From an uncultured Peptococcaceae bacterium (GTDB taxonomy: Bacteria; Bacillota; Peptococcia; Peptococcales; Peptococcaceae), in the NCBI GenBank assembly GCA_958451915.1, contig CAUDRX010000001.1, positions 31,381 through 95,380 on the forward strand: a stretch of 64,000 bases of DNA, written 5' to 3'. Shown one piece after another: positions 27,249 through 34,636 of this stretch (the stretch's first letter is position 1; each line of letters begins with the position of its first letter). Under the pieces are notes generated by a model, which made no database searches, was not told the origin of the DNA, and saw only the letters and a list, made by a program, of their open reading frames with translations. A program made the translations under genes and the position numbers.

Positions 27249-27425
27249 ATGAAAAAATGGTATGAAGCGATCATGTCTCGATATTATATGGCATGGAAGT
27301 GGATAGCACTAATGTTTGCGGCTTTGGCAGTAAATACTGTATGTACCTTGCCATACTATGAACCGGAGCAGCCATCAGAGCTGGCTGGTCTCAAACGATT
27401 TGGATATTTCCATAAAAGGGGATAA
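27249..27425 (+). CDS. agrD: AgrD-like cyclic-lactone autoinducer peptide precursor (58 aa)
   Basis: GGGAGGAAAG precedes ATG 27249. Sequence MKKWYEAIMSRYYMAWKWIALMFAALAVNTVCTLPYYEPEQPSELAGLKRFGYFHKRG: amphipathic leader, single core Cys and an acidic P-x-E-L tail. Lies immediately 3' of agrB. Confidence 0.75.
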   Translation: MKKWYEAIMSRYYMAWKWIALMFAALAVNTVCTLPYYEPEQPSELAGLKRFGYFHKRG

Positions 27426-27484
27426 AAACAGGAAAAAAACTGCACCTGTTTATGGGAGGCAGCGTGATGAGGTCATGTTGAGAA

Positions 27485-27549
27485 ATTCGTGCCTCTAACT
27501 CGACTGTCCGTGCCACTTTCCGAAAAAAGTGGGATTTTGATGATATACT
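27485..27549 (+). promoter_or_regulatory. second copy of the LytTR-type operator plus extended -10 (effector promoter)
   Basis: ATTCGTGCCTCTAACTCGACTGTCCGTGCCACTTTCC, with TTCGTGCC at 27486 and TCCGTGCC at 27507; the same 25-nt spacing to TGaTATACT (27541-27549). Confidence 0.7.
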
Positions 27550-27818
27550 GTACGAAAACCGGGAAAACTATTGAAGATCAATTAAAGGCAGTGGCGACGA
27601 CCATCTTGCTCACAATGGCGGTGCCGCGCTCAGCATATGACTTGTTGAGTGCGTTCTGCATACCGTATTGTTGCGATATGATCCAGAAGGGAGGTGGACG
27701 CTAAAGTTCATCCAGCCTGTTGCCCGTCGCAGTTGTGATCACCGAAGTTTTTTTGAACTCGTACCTGCAAGTTGAGTGTACAAAGCAGATACACTATAAA
27801 TCGTCTGCAAATCTAAAC

Positions 27819-28766
27819 ATGAAAAGACGATTAACATTATTAACATTGGTGCTTTTTTCTGTCAGCACATTGATGTCCATGCCGGGACTCGCGGCGGAAT
27901 ATGATGGGTACGTAGATGCCGCCGGTAATCAGATCACTCCAGAGATCGAACCGCTTACAGATGAAGAGATCCAGAGAAATGCTGACTATGACAATATGGT
28001 TGAGACGGTTCGCACTGCTTACGAAGCATATCTCGATGGAGAGATCACCATCGATCAGTTGCAACAGATTGAAGATGCAAGTTATTTCTCAGTTTACCCA
28101 GAGGAAAAAGATAATCCGCTGGCTTCCATGAAGACAAACCCAGAGCGCAAAGAAATGGTTGAAGCGATGAAAGCCGATCGACAGGATTCGTCTCAAAAGG
28201 TCAGCTTTGAGATCCAGCCGTTCAATCTTGGGGATGGGACCGCGAAATATCTGCCAATGCCTTATGAAATGCAGGCAAACACTTGGTATTGTGGACCAGC
28301 GACGGCGGTCAATATCGTAAATGGTTACAATGGATACAGCCGCATGACCCAAAGTCAGGCAGCCAGTCTCTTAGGGACGACTTCTTCCAGTGGGACAAAT
28401 TTCAGCAGTAACTGGTACAATGTATTGAATACATCTACCATGGGGAAAACTTACACACGTGCCCAGGGGTATTCTGATTGGGCTGGCGATCTGGCGAACA
28501 AATGCATTGGCACGATCTGGAATGGGCGCGGGGTTGCGCTGAATGTCGTTATGACGCCGTATACCACTTACTTGCCAGGATACAGTGCTGCGTCTGGTAA
28601 TGTATACCACTACGTTGCCGCATATGGCTTTGAAAGCTATGATCCTTCACGAAGAAAGATCTGTTATATCGACCCATATGCTGAGTATTTGGGCATTTCT
28701 GGTGCTCAGAAAGTAACCTTCCAGCAAATGGCTTTAGCAACACAGACGCACGGGATCATCTATTGA
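27819..28766 (+). CDS. secreted papain-fold cysteine peptidase (C39-like), probable zymogen
   Basis: Signal peptide MKRRLTLLTLVLFSVSTLMSMPGLAAE; acidic pro-region of about 150 aa; nucleophile context NTWYCGPATAVNIV and His context NVYHYVAAYGF. No clear Shine-Dalgarno sequence precedes ATG 27819. Confidence 0.7.
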   Translation: MKRRLTLLTLVLFSVSTLMSMPGLAAEYDGYVDAAGNQITPEIEPLTDEEIQRNADYDNMVETVRTAYEAYLDGEITIDQLQQIEDASYFSVYPEEKDNPLASMKTNPERKEMVEAMKADRQDSSQKVSFEIQPFNLGDGTAKYLPMPYEMQANTWYCGPATAVNIVNGYNGYSRMTQSQAASLLGTTSSSGTNFSSNWYNVLNTSTMGKTYTRAQGYSDWAGDLANKCIGTIWNGRGVALNVVMTPYTTYLPGYSAASGNVYHYVAAYGFESYDPSRRKICYIDPYAEYLGISGAQKVTFQQMALATQTHGIIY

Positions 28767-28795
28767 TCTGAGTTGTCAATGACACGATAAATTAA

Positions 28796-28832
28796 GCAGA
28801 AAACACAGCACCGCTCATGCTGTGTTTTCTGC
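28796..28832 (+). other. strong hairpin between the peptidase gene and the next gene (weak terminator or processing site)
   Basis: GCAGAAAACACAGCA-ccgctca-TGCTGTGTTTTCTGC, a 15-bp stem with no trailing T-run, followed directly by AGGAGG. Confidence 0.5.
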
Positions 28833-28853
28833 GTTCGTAAAGGAGGCGTGGTT

Positions 28854-30458
28854 ATGAAAACAACGTTACGACATTTGGGTCTGTCCGGTGGGCTGGCGAT
28901 TTTGGTGATGCTGGCTTCACCGTGCATGGCAGATGCAGCCGTGCTGAATCTCAACGGACAGGATATCGATGCAGAGGCATCCGGAGACATGGTGATCCGG
29001 GATGGTGTGACCATGGTATCCGAGGATATTTTGCGAGATGAAATGTATCTGACATTGGAAAAGGACAAAAAAAGTTTCAAACTTGAGAATGTGTACAAAG
29101 ATTTCGTTCTTGAAGGAGCAGTCGATTCCGATACATTGTCTCTGAATGGCGAAGAAAAGAAGATGTCGGTAGCGGCACAATCTGTAGATGGAAAACTGTT
29201 TGTGCCGTTGCGTCCGGTCATTGAATTGTTCGGTGATATTGGCTGGGTGGGTGCTGATCAGACGGTATATGCGCGCTACGATTATAATGATCAGGTGGAG
29301 ATCCCACTTGTGCAAGCCTCTGATACCCCGATCACGTATGAAGTGCCGCTGAATTCCAGTGTTGCAGCGGAGAACGGTGAGACGCCGATCCGTGTGACAG
29401 ATGATGGAACGCTCATTGAAAAACGCGATGCGAATAACAATCTCATTGCTGTGCAGATCGGGGACAAACCATTGATCCAGCCGCAAAATGAAGGCAACAT
29501 CCTGCGTTGGGGCAGCTATGAAGTGGAAGACGATTATCTGTATTGGATGGAGCAACCAGATCCTTCTCAGGAGATCACCGACGATCAACAATGGTATCTC
29601 TACATCCAAGAACGCAAAGATGGTGCAAAGCCAGAATGCATCGATCATGGTTCTTACAATGAAGTACTGAGTGTATCGCCGACCGGCGGGATGCTCAACA
29701 ATTGCGATTTTAAAAATGGAAACATCATCTGGCTGCGTGGCGACAAAAGTAGTGGAAAATTTGAAGCGCGTCTTTATCAGCGTGATACCGGAGAAATAAC
29801 AACGCTGGACAGCCTGCCGTTTGATGGGCGTGTCTTTACGCAAGTGACCATGGAAGTGTCCCTTGGTGAACACGATGCCTTTTGGACGCGTGCATATTTC
29901 ATGGAATCCATGCGCGAATACGGCACCATGAAGCGCATGCACCTGGAAACCGGAGAGATCGAAGAATTTTCACAAGGCTATAATCTGCTCAATCCATTTG
30001 TGATCGGAGACTATTTGGTCATCCGAGTGAAGCCGGAAGGGAACAATTTCGTGCCGGATCCAGATAAATTGGGCACCTATATCAGTGGCGAACTTTGGGT
30101 CTATGATCTTAAAAAAGATGAATGGTCGTTCAAAGTAGACAATGATCTGGCCATGATCGGTGAAAAAAATGTCATCAGTACGCCAGTGATATTGGATGAT
30201 ACACATATCACCGTTCGAACTGACAGCTCCTATGGATACAGCATGCCGATCATTGACCTGGCAAACGGCACGATGCATGCCACAGCCAATGAAAACAACG
30301 AACCGCTCATGTTCCTGCCATATGGTCTCGTGGATGAAACAACGACCGTTGGCGATATGCAGTCGATGGGCAAAGATGGTTCCTGTATGGCAACGTTCCA
30401 AACCAGGATCGATGGTACGATCACGCCAAGCTATGCGCCAGTGTATTTTGAATGGTAG
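28854..30458 (+). CDS. secreted protein: N-terminal stalk (copper-amine-oxidase-N-like) domain plus beta-propeller-like region
   Basis: AGGAGG lies 7 nt before ATG 28854. Signal peptide; VIRDGVTMVSEDILRDEMYL and VDGKLFVPLRPVIELFGDIGW. The remainder shows repetitive beta-strand-rich sequence. Confidence 0.7.
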   Translation: MKTTLRHLGLSGGLAILVMLASPCMADAAVLNLNGQDIDAEASGDMVIRDGVTMVSEDILRDEMYLTLEKDKKSFKLENVYKDFVLEGAVDSDTLSLNGEEKKMSVAAQSVDGKLFVPLRPVIELFGDIGWVGADQTVYARYDYNDQVEIPLVQASDTPITYEVPLNSSVAAENGETPIRVTDDGTLIEKRDANNNLIAVQIGDKPLIQPQNEGNILRWGSYEVEDDYLYWMEQPDPSQEITDDQQWYLYIQERKDGAKPECIDHGSYNEVLSVSPTGGMLNNCDFKNGNIIWLRGDKSSGKFEARLYQRDTGEITTLDSLPFDGRVFTQVTMEVSLGEHDAFWTRAYFMESMREYGTMKRMHLETGEIEEFSQGYNLLNPFVIGDYLVIRVKPEGNNFVPDPDKLGTYISGELWVYDLKKDEWSFKVDNDLAMIGEKNVISTPVILDDTHITVRTDSSYGYSMPIIDLANGTMHATANENNEPLMFLPYGLVDETTTVGDMQSMGKDGSCMATFQTRIDGTITPSYAPVYFEW

Positions 30459-30482
30459 GGTTACGACTGAGACAACACGCCC

Positions 30483-30510
30483 AAGCGCGGCATTTCTGCC
30501 GCGCTTTTTC
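30483..30510 (+). terminator. intrinsic terminator
   Basis: AAGCGCGGCA-tttc-TGCCGCGCTT followed by TTTC. Confidence 0.8.
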
Positions 30511-30542
30511 TCATTCGCCGCAAACCTTCACGATGTCTTTAC

Positions 30543-30578
30543 AAACCGCCTTGCTTGGGCGGTTTTTCTATTTTTTTT
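30543..30578 (+). terminator. second tandem terminator
   Basis: AAACCGCC-ttgcttg-GGCGGTTTTT followed by a further T8 run. Confidence 0.65.
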
Positions 30579-30629
30579 CGGGTGTGCGTGTTACAATAGG
30601 GACAATGTCATTTTGAAAGGAAGGATCGT

Positions 30630-32486
30630 ATGAAAGTACGACTGCCATATAAACGCTGCGGGCTGGGGGTGAATGTGCTCCTGGCGCTGGCGCTGGCGTG
30701 CGTGGTGACGCTGGCGGTGGTGATCCTGCAGCCGAACGACGTGCGCGACACGCTGGCGGTGTTCACGGCGCGGCCGATCGCGGCGGTGTGGAACGTGGTG
30801 CCGGTGTTCCTCTTGATCCTGGCAGGGATGTTCCTCTTTAACAACGTTTTCCTGTCCACGGCGCTGGTGGGGGCGGTGTGCCTGGTCTTTTCGCTGATCA
30901 ACCGGCTGAAGATCGAGATCCGCGATGAGCCTTTGCAGTTCACGGACATCGCCCTCTGGCGCGAAGGCAGGGAAGCGGCGAAGAGCTACCACATCGACTG
31001 GCCTGTGGCGCTGGTCGCGGGCGTGGTGCTGGTGGTCGTGGTCTTCCTTGTGCTGGCGGCGTGCCTGGGCATGAAAAAACAGCGCTGGTTTGTGCGCGCA
31101 GGCGGCGTGGTGCTGCCTGTGGTGGTGCTGGCGCTCCTGGTGAACACGGCGATCGCCGACCGCCATGTCTACGACAACATCGAGATCTCCAACAACGCCT
31201 ACATGCCGACGATCTATAACGAGCGCGGCTACATCTACAGTTTCTTCCACTATATCACGACCTACAAGGTCGAAGAGCCGGCCGGCTACGACAAGGCTGA
31301 AGCGGCGGCCTGGGACGAGGCGCAGCCGGTAGCGGGCGAGGCAGCGCCGGTGAACGTGGTCTTCATCCAGAACGAGGCCTTTTCGGACATCAGCGACTGG
31401 GAGGGCTTCGCCTTTGCGGAAGGGGATGACCCGCTGGCGAATTTCCACGCTCTGGCTGAAGAACCCCATGCCCTGAGCGGGCACATCGTTGTGCCGCAGT
31501 TTGCCGGCGGTACGGCCAACACCGAGTTCGACGTGCTCACAGGGATGCAGACGATCCATGCGGCGTCCTCGGCTTTCCGTACAGTACACCACGATGTGGG
31601 TTCGATCTTCCGTGTCTTTAACGCCGACGACTACGCGACCTCGATGTTCCACCCGGGCGAGGCCTGGTTCTACAACCGCGAGAACGTCTATCGCTGGTTC
31701 GGTTCGGAAGAGAACCTCTTCAAGGAGGACCTGCCGGGCCTGGCGGAAGCGGGCGGCTGGGTCCTCGACGATGCTCTGGCAGACCGCATCATCGAGGCGA
31801 TCGACACGGAGACGGCGGACGGCGGGCTGCTCTTCAATGAGAGCGTGACCATCCAGAACCACATGTCCTACACCGCTGATAAATATGGTGTTGGTGTGAC
31901 TTTTGAAGACGTGCCGCTCTCGGTGGAGATGAGCGAAGCCGACCAGGAGATGCTCGACGTTTATATGAAAGGTGTGCGTGATGCCGATGCCATGATCGCG
32001 AAGCTCACAGACACCTACCGCACGAGCGACACGCCGGTGGTCTTTGTCTTCTATGGTGACCATCTGCCATACCTGGGGGACAATCAGAGCGTCTATAAGG
32101 CCCTGGGCAAGGACTTCATCGCCACGGGCACAACGACCGCCGAGAGCCTGGAAGCCTTTGAGACGCCGTATCTCATCTGGGCCAACGACGCTGCAGCAGC
32201 GGCCATCGACTGGGACACTGCAGAGATGCAGCTCCCAGAGACCATGAGCGCCTGCTATCTCGGCGCCAGCGTCCTCGAGCTTGTGGGGCGCGACGGCGAA
32301 GAAGCGTGGTTCAATTATCTCTGCCAGCTGCGCGATCAGTACCCGGTCATGACTGCCGACGCCGTCATGACCGCCGATGGCCAGCTCAGTGCCATCGAGA
32401 GCCTGAGCGCCGAGGCGAAGGCGCCGCTTGAAAAATACTGGCAATGGGCCTATTACCGTCTTGAAGATGACCGCCCGTCCGACTGA
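30630..32486 (+). CDS. LTA synthase (LtaS) family sulfatase-domain membrane protein
   Basis: Five N-terminal TM helices and an extracellular alkaline-phosphatase-superfamily domain (VVFIQNEAFSD, QFAGGTANTEFDVLTGM, FVFYGDHLPYLG). Confidence 0.85.
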   Translation: MKVRLPYKRCGLGVNVLLALALACVVTLAVVILQPNDVRDTLAVFTARPIAAVWNVVPVFLLILAGMFLFNNVFLSTALVGAVCLVFSLINRLKIEIRDEPLQFTDIALWREGREAAKSYHIDWPVALVAGVVLVVVVFLVLAACLGMKKQRWFVRAGGVVLPVVVLALLVNTAIADRHVYDNIEISNNAYMPTIYNERGYIYSFFHYITTYKVEEPAGYDKAEAAAWDEAQPVAGEAAPVNVVFIQNEAFSDISDWEGFAFAEGDDPLANFHALAEEPHALSGHIVVPQFAGGTANTEFDVLTGMQTIHAASSAFRTVHHDVGSIFRVFNADDYATSMFHPGEAWFYNRENVYRWFGSEENLFKEDLPGLAEAGGWVLDDALADRIIEAIDTETADGGLLFNESVTIQNHMSYTADKYGVGVTFEDVPLSVEMSEADQEMLDVYMKGVRDADAMIAKLTDTYRTSDTPVVFVFYGDHLPYLGDNQSVYKALGKDFIATGTTTAESLEAFETPYLIWANDAAAAAIDWDTAEMQLPETMSACYLGASVLELVGRDGEEAWFNYLCQLRDQYPVMTADAVMTADGQLSAIESLSAEAKAPLEKYWQWAYYRLEDDRPSD

Positions 32487-32503
32487 TACACGTTTGAAAC
32501 GAC

Positions 32504-32533
32504 AAACGCACCGCGTCCTGCGGTGCGTTTTTT
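32504..32533 (+). terminator. intrinsic terminator
   Basis: AAACGCACCGC-gtcct-GCGGTGCGTTTTTT. Confidence 0.85.
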
Positions 32534-32692
32534 GGTGCGGTGGATCCGGGCATTATCAGGGGCTGTGACATGCCAGATGGACGCTGGCATGGAAGATTGG
32601 CCTTGTGAAATGTTCCTTACTTGGCCATTTTAAAAAGGTCAGATCGGCGTATAATAGGGAACAGAAAAACGAACGAGGAAGGTGTTCCCACT

Positions 32693-33538
32693 ATGAAACG
32701 TGTACTGACCATTCAAGATATCTCCTGCTTCGGCAAATGCTCCATCACCGTGGCGCTGCCGGTCATCTCTGCCATGGGCGTGGAAACGACGATCCTGCCG
32801 ACCGCCGTGCTTTCGACGCACACCATGTTCCAGAATTTCACGGTCAAGGATCTGACCGACCAGCTCATTCCGATCACTGATCACTGGAAAAAAGAGGGGA
32901 TCCACTTCGACGCCATCTACACCGGCTACCTTGGCAGCCAGGAAGAGATCGAGATCTGCAAGAAGATCTTCGCAGAATTTGGCGGCGACGACACCCTCAT
33001 CTTCATCGATCCTGTCATGGCTGACCACGGCAAGCTCTATCCGGCCTTCGATGAAGCATACGCCAAACAGAACGCCACCCTTTGCGGCGAAGCCGACATC
33101 ATCGTGCCAAACCTCACTGAGGCTTGCTTCATGACCGACACCGAATATCGCGAGGATTACGATGAAGCGTATGTGAAGGACCTCCTCCAGAAGCTTGCCG
33201 CCCTCGGCAGCAAGGTCGTCGTGCTCACAGGTATTGGCCTTTCTGAAGGCAAGAACGGTGTCTATGGTCTGGATACCCGCAGCGGTGAATATTTCACCTA
33301 TCAGAACGACCACATTGACGCCGCCTATCACGGCACCGGTGACATCTTCTCCAGCACCGCCGTTGGCGGTATTGTGCGCGGCCTCTCTCTCCAGGATGCT
33401 TTTGCTCTGGCTGCCGATTATACCGCTGACACCATCCGTGCCACCCTCGAAAATCCGGAAAAGCCATGGTATGGCGTCGATTTCGAAACCACCATCCCAG
33501 AACTCGTCACCAGCCTTGCCGCAAAGCTGGGCAAATAA
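32693..33538 (+). CDS. pdxK: pyridoxal/pyridoxamine kinase
   Basis: MKRVLTIQDISCFGKCSITVALPVISAMGVE, DPVMADHGKLY and HGTGDIFSS motifs. ATG 32693 follows GAGGAAGG. Confidence 0.88.
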   Translation: MKRVLTIQDISCFGKCSITVALPVISAMGVETTILPTAVLSTHTMFQNFTVKDLTDQLIPITDHWKKEGIHFDAIYTGYLGSQEEIEICKKIFAEFGGDDTLIFIDPVMADHGKLYPAFDEAYAKQNATLCGEADIIVPNLTEACFMTDTEYREDYDEAYVKDLLQKLAALGSKVVVLTGIGLSEGKNGVYGLDTRSGEYFTYQNDHIDAAYHGTGDIFSSTAVGGIVRGLSLQDAFALAADYTADTIRATLENPEKPWYGVDFETTIPELVTSLAAKLGK

Positions 33539-33550
33539 GACGATCTTCAG

Positions 33551-33579
33551 AACGCGCTGCATCCGCAGCGCGTTTTTTG
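33551..33579 (+). terminator. intrinsic terminator
   Basis: AACGCGCTGC-atcc-GCAGCGCGTTTTTT. Confidence 0.85.
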
Positions 33580-33824
33580 TGCGATTTTACAAAGATTTCA
33601 CATTGACACGGTGACGGCTTTTACATTCACCGTCTAGAATATTCCATGGTGAGCGCGATAAGAACGCATGACGATCCCCAGACGAAGCGCCGTCTGACGA
33701 ACGCCACCACAAAAGAACGGTGCTTCGGTGATGCGTATCACTCCCCCAAGCGCTTTCCTACGATATCATTCCCCTTGCTTGGCAGCTTCGAAATGAGGTT
33801 GCCTCTTTTTTATTTCCCGTGCAT

Positions 33825-33880
33825 GAAAAAAGGACCGCGCTGTGCAGCACCTTATGGTGACTGCGCAGCGCGGTCCTTTT
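33825..33880. terminator. long hairpin terminator downstream of the GtrA-like remnant
   Basis: AAAAAAGGACCGCGCTG..CAGCGCGGTCCTTTT, flanked by A/T runs on both sides. Confidence 0.7.
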
Positions 33881-33894
33881 GTTTGTCTGGAGGG

Positions 33895-34080
33895 TCAAGG
33901 TGTGTTGCTGCGGCGAAAGGCAAAGAGCTTCAGCGCCAGAAAAGTGATCGGTACACTGAAGCATGCGGCGGCGCTGTAGGCAAGGCGCTTTGGCTGCGCC
34001 AGGATGTTGTAGATCAGTAGCACAAAGAGGTTTTGCAGGAGAAAATTCGGTACATAGGAGAGCACGAATCGCCACAGAAC
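33895..34080 (-). pseudogene. C-terminal remnant of a GtrA-like membrane protein
   Basis: A minus-strand frame not in the ORF track reads ..VLWRFVLSYVPNFLLQNLFVLLIYNILAQPKRLAYSAAACFSVPITFLALKLFAFRRSNTP*. Upstream the frame has no ATG and hits a stop at 34141-34143, and the preceding residues are non-membrane-like. Confidence 0.5.
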
Positions 34081-34121
34081 ATGATCCGCGCTACGAGGGG
34101 GGCCGGGCGGAGATCGTGACC

Positions 34122-34577
34122 ATGCCGGAGGGCTACGAGGTCAATAACGACGATGTGCCGGAATTTGTTGTCAATCAGAAAGCGTTTGACGGCCACCAGT
34201 ATCTGATCGTCGTCTATAACAGGGATACGCTGGCCAATGCAGAGATCTTCCGCGACGATGGCGATCACATGACCCGTATAGGTGGGCTCAATGCGACCAC
34301 TGATTTTACGATCGATGGGGATATCCTGTATTGCACCAATGGGGTCTCGAATGGACATGCGGGTGTGGGGGTGAGCGATCCATATGTCCTTTATGCAAAG
34401 TCCATCAGCGGTGAATGGTATGGGCACTATCGGCTCGACTTTGCCGTCAATGCATGTACCCTCGCCATGGAAGATGGCAAGCTCGTCGCCACTTCGCCGG
34501 ATGGCACCCGTCATGTTGTCGACCTCAGCACGCTGACGCCGGAGAAATGGCCGGAGACGGTTGTGCCCGAGAACTGA
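34122..34577 (+). CDS. hypothetical protein (151 aa), possibly N-terminally truncated
   Basis: GGAG lies 9 nt before ATG 34122. The codon usage looks protein-like. No signal peptide and no recognised family. Confidence 0.5.
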   Translation: MPEGYEVNNDDVPEFVVNQKAFDGHQYLIVVYNRDTLANAEIFRDDGDHMTRIGGLNATTDFTIDGDILYCTNGVSNGHAGVGVSDPYVLYAKSISGEWYGHYRLDFAVNACTLAMEDGKLVATSPDGTRHVVDLSTLTPEKWPETVVPEN

Positions 34578-34585
34578 TCACAATG

Positions 34586-34622
34586 AAAAAAGGACATCTG
34601 TCGTTTGACAGGCGTCCTTTTC
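34586..34622. terminator. bidirectional terminator between convergent genes
   Basis: AAAAAAGGAC..CTGTC-gttt-GACAG..GTCCTTTTCT. Confidence 0.75.
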
Positions 34623-34636
34623 TGTGTCTGTGGGGG

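Noticed and set aside
27489-27704. 71-aa ORF (and its 54-aa ATG 27540 version) between agrD and the peptidase gene.
   Set aside because: Both starts lie within or upstream of the operator and -10 of the second agr-type promoter, so they would not be on the transcript. Only the 3' 29-37 codons remain possible; these are kept as a low-confidence idea in the findings.
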